From Erysipelotrichaceae bacterium MTC7 (GTDB lineage: Bacteria > Bacillota_I > Bacilli_A > Erysipelotrichales > Erysipelotrichaceae), in contig LVZN01000034.1 of assembly GCA_001695645.1 (NCBI GenBank), forward strand, positions 85,693 to 117,692: a DNA stretch of 32,000 nt. Reading direction: 5' to 3'. Below the pieces are notes generated by a model. That model saw only the letters and a program-made list of their open reading frames with translations. It made no database searches and had not been told where the DNA came from. Of this stretch, positions 25,714 through 32,000 are shown piece after piece. The position numbers and the translations under genes are program-made. Positions within the stretch are counted from its first letter, which is position 1. Every line of letters begins with the position of its first letter.

Positions 25714-26968
25714 CTGTTTCTCCCTCAACTTTTGCTTTGATCTGACCATCTTGTAAACGTACTTGAATCATGTCACCAACGTTTACATCTTGTACACTTT
25801 TAATGACGTGTTCTTGTTGGTCAAAAGTCACTGCATATCCGCGATTTAATATTTTTAAAGGACTGTAAGCATCTAATAATGCTACTTTCTTTTCGTAATC
25901 TTGTCTTTGTTTTTGACTGTATTGTTTAAAACTTGCTAGCAACAATTCTTTTGTACGAGCAAGTGTACTTGCGTTACGTTCATAATATACCTTGCTTTTC
26001 CCTAACCGTTCCACGATCAGTTTTAAATGCATGGTATCCTCTTTTGTCAGTGCATCTTTTTTTGCTAACAACGGTTTTTCTTGATAGTAGATCAGTTCAC
26101 TACGACTATCGAGCAACAATTGTTCCACCTTACGAATCGAACGCGCTTTCATTTCTTGCAAACGCATTTCCACTTCGCGAATATCAGGTGTAACAATTTC
26201 CGCTGCAGCACTTGGTGTTGGTGCGCGTAAATCACTTACATAATCAACAAGCGTTGTATCCGTCTCATGACCCACCCCGGTAATGATTGGTGTTGTTAGT
26301 GCATAGATTTCGCGTGCAAGCGCTTCATCATTAAAGCACCAAAGATCTTCAATGGACCCTCCACCACGTACAAGTAATATCACTTCATGATGGTTTTGAT
26401 CCGCCATTTTTAAATTTTGAATGATATGTTTGGCTGCACTCTCTCCTTGAACCAAGCTTGGATATAAGGTAACTTTTGCACTTGGCCAACGTCGTTCAAT
26501 GATGCTAAATACATCTTGAATCGCTGCTCCTGTTTTTGCACTAATGATTGCAATATCCATTGGGTACGTCGGAATTTGTTTTTTATGCTCTTGGTTAAAC
26601 AACCCTTCTTTATGCAATTGTGCTTTTAATTGTTCCAAACGAAGGTATAAATCTCCTTCACCATCACTTTGCATATTGGTTACATACAGTTGCACACTTC
26701 CGCGTGCCTCATACATACTAACACTACAAAGCACAATCACTTGCATTCCTTCACGCACTTGAAATTTCACATTTCTGGTATGCGATGCAAACATCACACA
26801 ACTCATTGACACATTTCCATCTTTCAATGAAAAATACATATGTCCACTACGGTGGTGTGTAAAGTTAGATATTTCTCCTTTTACATACAAAGAGCGCAAT
26901 TTTGGATCCCCATCAATTGCGCGTTTCACATATGCAGCGAGTTTTTTTAACTCTACAACTTGACTCAT
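25691..26968 (-). CDS. xseA: Exodeoxyribonuclease VII large subunit
   Basis: 425 aa. An N-terminal OB fold reads YVKGEISNFTHHRSGHMYFSLKD. The catalytic region GRGGGSIEDLWCFN..GVGHETD follows. Confidence 0.96.
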   Translation of the reverse strand: MSQVVELKKLAAYVKRAIDGDPKLRSLYVKGEISNFTHHRSGHMYFSLKDGNVSMSCVMFASHTRNVKFQVREGMQVIVLCSVSMYEARGSVQLYVTNMQSDGEGDLYLRLEQLKAQLHKEGLFNQEHKKQIPTYPMDIAIISAKTGAAIQDVFSIIERRWPSAKVTLYPSLVQGESAAKHIIQNLKMADQNHHEVILLVRGGGSIEDLWCFNDEALAREIYALTTPIITGVGHETDTTLVDYVSDLRAPTPSAAAEIVTPDIREVEMRLQEMKARSIRKVEQLLLDSRSELIYYQEKPLLAKKDALTKEDTMHLKLIVERLGKSKVYYERNASTLARTKELLLASFKQYSQKQRQDYEKKVALLDAYSPLKILNRGYAVTFDQQEHVIKSVQDVNVGDMIQVRLQDGQIKAKVEGETDGKQNDI

Positions 26969-27342
26969 AGGCGATCCAATACTCCATTGATAAGTTTATA
27001 TGCATCATCATCACAGTATTTCTTAGACAATTCAATAGCTTCATCAATGATAATTTGACGCTGTGCAGTTTCAAAATCCAACTCTGTAGCAGCGATTAGT
27101 AAGATTGCCTGTTCAATGTACCCCAAACGATCAAAGTTCCAGCTACCGTTTAGTACCTTGTTGATTCTTTCTTTGTAGACTGGTAAATTTTTCATTGCAT
27201 CAATCGTAATTGTATATAAAAACGGTGGAATTTCATTTCCAATCTTATCGTTATCGACAAGTACACGTTTGATGTCTTTATGTAATAAAAAACTTTGATA
27301 TAAGCTAGTCATTGCGACTTCTCTAGTTTCGTGACGATTCAT
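26965..27342 (-). CDS. nusB: Transcription antitermination factor NusB
   Basis: 125 aa. RHETREVAMTSLYQ...W..DRL...E.AILLIA..EL matches NusB. The stop shares an ATGA overlap with the xseA start. The SD is AAGGAG. Confidence 0.9.
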   Translation of the reverse strand: MNRHETREVAMTSLYQSFLLHKDIKRVLVDNDKIGNEIPPFLYTITIDAMKNLPVYKERINKVLNGSWNFDRLGYIEQAILLIAATELDFETAQRQIIIDEAIELSKKYCDDDAYKLINGVLDRL

Positions 27343-27390
27343 AAAATACTCCTTAATTTCACTTCTTATTCTAACATAAAATGCTAGTGA

Positions 27391-27399
27391 ATTATATCA
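27391..27399 (-). promoter_or_regulatory. Extended -10 promoter upstream of nusB
   Basis: On the minus strand, TGaTATAAT runs 27399->27391, about 49 nt upstream of the nusB ATG. Confidence 0.55.
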
Positions 27400-27408
27400 T
27401 AGTGGCCG

Positions 27409-27436
27409 AAAAAAAAGAATAGATATTCCATTCTTT
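27409..27436 (-). terminator. Terminator after the second HAD gene
   Basis: On the minus strand, AAAGAAUGGA-AUA-UCUAUUCUUU forms an AU-rich stem with one G-U pair. T8 follows. Confidence 0.5.
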
Positions 27437-27501
27437 CTTTGACACAAATCAGATTCATTCCCATTGACACGAATCCGTTTGTCTTTCGCCCGTTTGTTTG
27501 T

Positions 27502-28281
27502 TTATAACCAACCAAAATGTTTACATGCGTGTAAGATTCCATCCTTGTCGCTATCGGTTGTGACATAGTCCGCAACTGCCTTCAGTTGGTCAATCGCATT
27601 TCCCATTGCAATACCAATTGCAGCCCCTTGGATCATAGACATATCATTGCTGCCATCACCAAAACAAACAACATCTTCCTTCGGTGCTTTCAGATAATCC
27701 ATCAGTTGATGAATACCTCCAATTTTATCATCAGGTTCAACAATCATGAATGGTGCATAATAACGCATTAGAATGATGTTTTCATAAGTGACACCATCGT
27801 TATGGTCCAAATATGATTCATCTACTAGCATACGCGTAATACTCTCGTACGCGGTGCCTGTAAAATATGGATTGATGGTGATCTTCCCCCAAAAATTAAA
27901 ATCATCAGCAGTTTTCTTCAGTTCTAAACTATTGGTCACAAAGGCATCATCACCTGCAACCGAAATCGCATACGGAACATGATTCGCCTCGCATTCTGCA
28001 ATCAGATGCCCAACTTCTTTTTGGTCCATCCCTTGATGGAAAATTCTCTCACCTGCTAAACTAGCAGTATACCCACCATTGCAGATCATATGATCAATTC
28101 CAGTTTTTTCAGCCATTTCTTTGGCGTGAAAATAGGGACGACCTGTAGCTAAACACAGAAAATGTCCAGCATCTTTTAACGCTTGAATCGTTTCTAAAGT
28201 AAGCTGTGGAATTTCATTTCCATACTTCACTCCCGTTGTTAATGTTCCATCCAAATCAAAAAACATGTATTTTTTATCCAT
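27502..28281 (-). CDS. Cof-type HAD-IIB family hydrolase (second copy in the window)
   Basis: MDKKYMFFDLDGTLT is motif I, LATGRP motif II and FGDGSNDMSMI motif IV. GAGGGA lies 5 nt before ATG 28281. Confidence 0.85.
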   Translation of the reverse strand: MDKKYMFFDLDGTLTTGVKYGNEIPQLTLETIQALKDAGHFLCLATGRPYFHAKEMAEKTGIDHMICNGGYTASLAGERIFHQGMDQKEVGHLIAECEANHVPYAISVAGDDAFVTNSLELKKTADDFNFWGKITINPYFTGTAYESITRMLVDESYLDHNDGVTYENIILMRYYAPFMIVEPDDKIGGIHQLMDYLKAPKEDVVCFGDGSNDMSMIQGAAIGIAMGNAIDQLKAVADYVTTDSDKDGILHACKHFGWL

Positions 28282-28330
28282 TATAATCCCTCGATTCCTG
28301 CAACACACATAACCTTACTGGCTAGATAGT

Positions 28331-28359
28331 AAAAAAAAGAATAGTTCTACTATTCTTTA
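28331..28359 (-). terminator. Rho-independent terminator of asp23
   Basis: On the minus strand, AAGAATAGT-AGA-ACTATTCTT forms a 9-bp stem that includes the TAG stop. T8 follows. Confidence 0.75.
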
Positions 28360-28679
28360 AAATCGAATCCGATTACGCGGATATCAATTTCTTCCGGTTC
28401 AATATCACACATATGTTTAATGTTTTCATAAATCTTACGTTGTAAGTTACTAGCAACATCAGGTACATTTGAATTGTATTTCACCTTTACGTTTACGATG
28501 ATGTGTAAACGATCATTTACAACTTTAGATTGAATCGCATTTTTAAACGCTTTTTTATCTGCCAATTCGACCGCTTGGTCTTCCTCAACACAAACAGCAG
28601 CAATACTAGAGAAAACCTCTGTACTTAAAGCAACCAACCCTTTTTCTTTTGTATTCATTGCAATATATTCTTGAGCCAT
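28350..28679 (-). CDS. Asp23/Gls24-family (alkaline shock protein, YqhY-like) protein
   Basis: About 109 aa. GLVALSTEVFSSIAAVCVEE...LHIIVNVKVKYNSNVPDVASNLQRKIYENI...IDIRV matches the family. GAGGTG lies 6 nt before ATG 28679. The track ORF starts at GTG 28688, inside that SD. Confidence 0.85.
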   Translation of the reverse strand: MAQEYIAMNTKEKGLVALSTEVFSSIAAVCVEEDQAVELADKKAFKNAIQSKVVNDRLHIIVNVKVKYNSNVPDVASNLQRKIYENIKHMCDIEPEEIDIRVIGFDFKE

Positions 28680-28699
28680 ACTTATCACCTCACTTAAAT

Positions 28700-28708
28700 A
28701 TTATAGCA
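28700..28708 (-). promoter_or_regulatory. Extended -10 promoter of asp23
   Basis: On the minus strand, TGcTATAAT runs 28708->28700, about 21 nt upstream of the ATG. Confidence 0.5.
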
Positions 28709-28731
28709 CACAACTACGAAAATAGTTGTGC
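28706..28731 (-). repeat. Inverted repeat or hairpin spanning the stop codon of the RSH-like gene and the asp23 promoter spacer
   Basis: On the minus strand, GCACAACTA-TTTTCG-TAGTTGTGtGC has an 8-bp perfect core (CACAACTA/TAGTTGTG). The TAG stop at 28716->28714 lies in the 3' arm. Confidence 0.55.
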
Positions 28732-30078
28732 AATACTATGTGTAATCTCACTTTGATACATCTCTTTATTTGCTGCGAAATCAACATAGTTAATGATTCG
28801 TTTATCCACACTGTTCAAAAAACTATTGTATGCAATTTGAATCTCGTGAATGCGTTCGTTGTGTACAATTTCAATGGTTTCCATTTGAATCAACGCTTGT
28901 GCAAGCATCAATTCCATATCACGTACAATTAAAGTTACATCACTCTGTGAACAACTTTTAAAGTAATCATCATAACAATTTGCTTCAATCATCGACTTAT
29001 GATAAACGCCAATAAACAAGCGGAAATCTTCGTCGTTGTTACCTGGTTCAATCGCAAAGAGGATTTTAAAGAACACATACCATTCAAAGTCCTTATTCAT
29101 CACATCTATAAAGAATGCAGACATAGCGTTACTAAAAGCATCTTTCGCGCGTTTTGGTGCGTGCACTTCGATGTGGTTTTCAAAATCCATTTCGTCATCT
29201 TGGATACGTTTAAAAATTCCAAGCAAAGATAAAATCTGATCTTTATTGCTGTAATCCATTAAGTCTTTTTCAAAGATGTAGTGCCCCAAAATGGTACTTG
29301 TCCCACGAATATCTACACCAAACCCGATAGAGTTTTGTAGTTTTTGTAAGCATAAATCGTTAATCGCTTTACTAATCAATTCTTCAAATGAATAGCGCGA
29401 TAACATTTTATTTGAGACTTCACTTTCGTTATCCAAAGAATCGTAAATAATATGTAATTGTCGATCTATAATCACCAAATTTGCTTTAATGGAACTTAAC
29501 ATATCCTTGATTAAACCGTCCGCTACACGGAAGGTATGATTTTTATATACCAGTTTATGTTCAATATCCGACCAAAATGAGTTAACCAGACTTTTGATTT
29601 GTAATTCAAAACGGACTTTATGCGTACCGTTTAAATAATATCCATCAATGCGGTATATCGTATATCCGTTTTTTTGTTTTTGGGGTTGAACACTTCCCAT
29701 TTCAAGAGCTAAATTTGGATGATGTTCATTGGAATAAAAGCCATCTTCAAGTTGCTCTGTAAAGTATTCTTTAAGTTGTTGGTACGCCTTACCCTCATCT
29801 TCAATAAAACGAACATCGATTTTCAAACCAATTAAATCATGCATATTTCCAATGATTTCACGCGGTGTTTCATAGGTTAAGTAATAACGATTGCGGATAA
29901 TTTTCTCTCGCAGGGACATTTCACTTTTAATTCGCGTTGAAATCCCCGTTTGTATTTCCGGGTCTAATACACTGATCAATGTATGTTTTATTTTTTTTGT
30001 GATGATTTCATATTCATCAAGATTTTCTTGAAATAGATTAATGGAGCGATCAATTATATCAAACATTTCTAATTTCAT
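28714..30078 (-). CDS. RelA/SpoT-homologue (small alarmone synthetase-like) catalytic domain fused to an unassigned C-terminal domain of about 270 aa
   Basis: The N-terminal ~185 aa carry the RSH synthetase motifs. R49-I-K-S..S..REK..R matches RelQ GRVKxxxSxxEKxxRK. M-H-D81-L-I-G-L-K-I matches DIAGLRI. G138-Y matches GYRSxH. F-E158-L-Q-I-K-S...FWSDIEHKLVYK matches EIQIRT...FWAxxEHxLxYK. Residues 186-454 are helical-looking and I recognise no motif in them. The start overlaps the ribF 3' end (ATG 30078, alternative ATG 30066) and there is no clear SD. Confidence 0.7.
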   Translation of the reverse strand: MKLEMFDIIDRSINLFQENLDEYEIITKKIKHTLISVLDPEIQTGISTRIKSEMSLREKIIRNRYYLTYETPREIIGNMHDLIGLKIDVRFIEDEGKAYQQLKEYFTEQLEDGFYSNEHHPNLALEMGSVQPQKQKNGYTIYRIDGYYLNGTHKVRFELQIKSLVNSFWSDIEHKLVYKNHTFRVADGLIKDMLSSIKANLVIIDRQLHIIYDSLDNESEVSNKMLSRYSFEELISKAINDLCLQKLQNSIGFGVDIRGTSTILGHYIFEKDLMDYSNKDQILSLLGIFKRIQDDEMDFENHIEVHAPKRAKDAFSNAMSAFFIDVMNKDFEWYVFFKILFAIEPGNNDEDFRLFIGVYHKSMIEANCYDDYFKSCSQSDVTLIVRDMELMLAQALIQMETIEIVHNERIHEIQIAYNSFLNSVDKRIINYVDFAANKEMYQSEITHSIAQLFS

Positions 30079-30985
30079 AGGTGTATTCTTTTACAGATTG
30101 AACATCTTTAGTTAATTGTTCAATCAATTCCTCCTTACTGTTAAACTTTTTTTCATAACGTAAATACTTAGAAAACTCAACAGCGAGTCTTTTTCCGTAA
30201 ATTTCCTCATCAAAGTCAAGGATGTGCGCTTCTAATGATAAAAAATCACGACGGTTTATCGTTGGGTTGTGCCCAATGTTAATCATTGCACGATAGGTCT
30301 TATTGTTGTATATCACACGACCGATGTACACACCAACACGTGGCAAGACCACAAAGGGATCATATTCGATGTTTGCAGTAGGAAAGCCAAGTTCTCGACT
30401 ACCAACTTTATTACCGTGAATTACAAAACCATCGATTGTATAATAACGATTCATGCAAGAAGCAACGTATTCCACTTCCCCTTTTTCTAAAGCCACAATA
30501 ATACTTGTCGATGAAATCTTTGAACCATGCAATTCAACGAGTGGAATGATCTTTGTTGGCATATGTTTTTCAAGCAGCAATACATCACCAGAATTACCTT
30601 TACCATAGCGAAAGTCTTCCCCAGCAACAATCGTTTCTATATTTAAGGATTGCAACATCGTAATAAAATCTAACGCAGGTACATTGGCCATGTTTTCATC
30701 AAAATGCAACAAGTAACATTGTTTAATCCCATAGGATGCAATGGTGTGCAATCGTTGTGAAATATCCATAATGGTTTTAATATCACGTTCTGGATACAGT
30801 ACTTGTAACGGTTCACGTGATAAGGTAATACACGCTGGTGTAAGACCTTTTTCTTTTGCGAGTTGAACCGTTTCTTTAATCAAATGTTGGTGACCTAAAT
30901 GCACTCCATCAAAAAATCCAATACAGGCAACTGTTTTGTTTTTCATTTGATATGTCTTGTTTGCATATATATCAAAAATCTTCAT
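30059..30985 (-). CDS. ribF: Bifunctional riboflavin kinase / FMN adenylyltransferase
   Basis: VACIGFFDGVHLGHQHLI is the FAD synthetase motif. The C-terminal riboflavin kinase region contains GFPTANI and HILDFD..IYGK. I prefer ATG 30985 (TAATG overlap with truB, AGAGG 8 nt upstream) over ATG 30991. Confidence 0.93.
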   Translation of the reverse strand: MKIFDIYANKTYQMKNKTVACIGFFDGVHLGHQHLIKETVQLAKEKGLTPACITLSREPLQVLYPERDIKTIMDISQRLHTIASYGIKQCYLLHFDENMANVPALDFITMLQSLNIETIVAGEDFRYGKGNSGDVLLLEKHMPTKIIPLVELHGSKISSTSIIVALEKGEVEYVASCMNRYYTIDGFVIHGNKVGSRELGFPTANIEYDPFVVLPRVGVYIGRVIYNNKTYRAMINIGHNPTINRRDFLSLEAHILDFDEEIYGKRLAVEFSKYLRYEKKFNSKEELIEQLTKDVQSVKEYTYEIRNV

Positions 30986-31815
30986 TACCATAGACCTCTT
31001 TCACTACCGTATAAATCATCATTTATCTTTTTGTAAATCGCTATACATTCTCCATCATGTGTGATACATATCTGTTTTGCATCACTGTCAATCTTTATTT
31101 TTTTACCATGATAGACATCATCAATAGGTTCATAGGCAACCATTTCCATATGCGATAACAATTCTTTTATAGGATACAACGTTAAAGTGTCCAAAGAAAG
31201 ACTGTCTAAATCTTGTGCTTGCGAAAGTTCGAAACGACCAACTTTGCTACGAACAAGTGAAGACATGCAACCAAGATTTGAGCTTGCAGCAGCAATATCA
31301 ACGCATAATGAACGAACGTATGTCCCACTTCCACAATGCACGCGAAATTTTAAAGCAGCTGCATCAAGGCACTCGATTTCATAAATATCCACTTGTCTGG
31401 TTGGAATTTCAACACTTTCACCCGCCATTGCGTATTCGTATAATTTCTTACCATTCACCTTGATACTAGAGATGATAGGTGGAGTTTGTGTGATGGTTCC
31501 TTGAAACTTGGCTAAAAGTGCTGGAAAATCTTCAATGGGTGTAATTGGTTTTGTTTCCAACACCTCTCCCCAGATATCATCACTTAAAGTCTTTGTTCCA
31601 AGCTGTAATGTTGCGATGTATTCTTTATCAGTATCTTCCAAGAAAGGTAAAATTTTGGTTGCTTTACCAACCAACAACAAAAGAACTCCTGTCGCATTTG
31701 GATCAAGGGTTCCTGTGTGTCCAATTTTCTTTGTTTTAAGTTTTCTTCTTGCGATATTCACAACATCATGACTTGTCATGTTTGTTGGTTTATTAATTAC
31801 GAGTATTCCGTCCAT
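30985..31815 (-). CDS. truB: tRNA pseudouridine(55) synthase
   Basis: MDGILVINKPTNMTSHDVV...GHTGTLDPNATGVLLLLVG contains the catalytic Asp motif. 276 aa. Confidence 0.95.
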   Translation of the reverse strand: MDGILVINKPTNMTSHDVVNIARRKLKTKKIGHTGTLDPNATGVLLLLVGKATKILPFLEDTDKEYIATLQLGTKTLSDDIWGEVLETKPITPIEDFPALLAKFQGTITQTPPIISSIKVNGKKLYEYAMAGESVEIPTRQVDIYEIECLDAAALKFRVHCGSGTYVRSLCVDIAAASSNLGCMSSLVRSKVGRFELSQAQDLDSLSLDTLTLYPIKELLSHMEMVAYEPIDDVYHGKKIKIDSDAKQICITHDGECIAIYKKINDDLYGSERGLW

Positions 31816-31838
31816 AAGCCATCCTTTTTTCCTTTCAT

Positions 31839-31847
31839 ATTATACCA
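31839..31847 (-). promoter_or_regulatory. Extended -10 promoter upstream of truB
   Basis: On the minus strand, TGgTATAAT runs 31847->31839, about 24 nt upstream of the truB ATG. Confidence 0.5.
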
Positions 31848-31881
31848 TATATACAACATGTAGTTACCATTTTACGACTAT

Positions 31882-31910
31882 AAAAAAGCGAGAAAATAAT
31901 CTCGCTTTTT
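31882..31910 (-). terminator. Rho-independent terminator of the gene lying beyond the right window edge
   Basis: AGCGAGA-AAATAA-TCTCGCT forms a 7-bp stem flanked by A5 and T4. On the minus strand the hairpin is followed by TTTTTT. Confidence 0.7.
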
Positions 31911-32000
31911 ATTCCTTTTTTAAGGCGCTCTAAAATATCGTGTGGCTGTGGCTAAGCTATAAAATTAAGTGTGTCTATTTTCGAACCCCTTTAAAATTAA

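Noticed and set aside
27439-27470. Two + strand TTGACA(C) hexamers considered as promoters.
   Set aside because: There is no -10-like hexamer at 16-19 nt and no + strand gene downstream. I kept them only as an unexplained repeat.
27384-27575. 63-aa minus-strand ORF covering the HAD 3' end, its terminator and the nusB promoter.
   Set aside because: It overlaps the HAD gene out of frame and spans a terminator and a promoter, so it is not credible as a gene.
31980-31989. GGGGTTCGAA on the minus strand, resembling a tRNA T-loop.
   Set aside because: The flanking sequence cannot form a T-arm or acceptor stem, so no cloverleaf is possible within the window.
1-32000. Scan for CRISPR arrays, IS or transposase genes, prophage genes, riboswitches upstream of ribF/dxs/thiI, and T-boxes.
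   Set aside because: I saw no regularly spaced direct repeats and no transposase or integrase other than the Xer-type recombinase. ribF, dxs and thiI all start by overlap or within 8 nt of the preceding gene, which leaves no room for a leader.

Overview
The window is a low-GC Bacillota-type chromosomal segment that is almost entirely housekeeping genes. Local gene order parallels Bacillus subtilis: rpsD-ezrA-nifZ-thiI, cmk-der-gpsA, and yqhY/asp23-nusB-xseA-xseB-ispA-dxs-yqxC/tlyA-recN. I recognised no rRNA, tRNA, CRISPR array, transposase or phage genes.

The main structural result is positional. From 1 to 16705, 18 of 19 genes are on the + strand. From 16800 to 31815, all 16 genes are on the - strand. 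The 94-bp gap between the two blocks holds a 28-bp sequence with the 11-6-11 architecture of a Xer dif site (ACTTCGCATAA-TGTGTA-TTATGTAATAT, 16755-16782). An XerD-like recombinase gene lies about 0.9 kb away. I read this as the replication terminus and chromosome-dimer resolution locus.

The best candidate for something undescribed is a 454-aa protein (28714-30078, -). It has a recognisable RelA/SpoT (small alarmone synthetase-like) catalytic core and a C-terminal domain of about 270 aa that I cannot assign. It is wedged between ribF and asp23 and overlaps the ribF stop.

Other points:
- EF-P carries Arg instead of Lys at the modified loop tip (R32, loop KTARSA).
- rpsD has a structured leader of about 175 nt with duplicated SD-like and anti-SD-like motifs.
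- The xerD transcript is apparently leaderless.
- A zinc-ribbon/HTH/DUF2087 regulator abuts dif and has palindromes in its promoter.
- A ClbS/DfsB-family gene is present.
- An 8-gene unit without intergenic gaps runs from nusB to dinB.

All calls come from reading the sequence and ORF translations. No database search was run.
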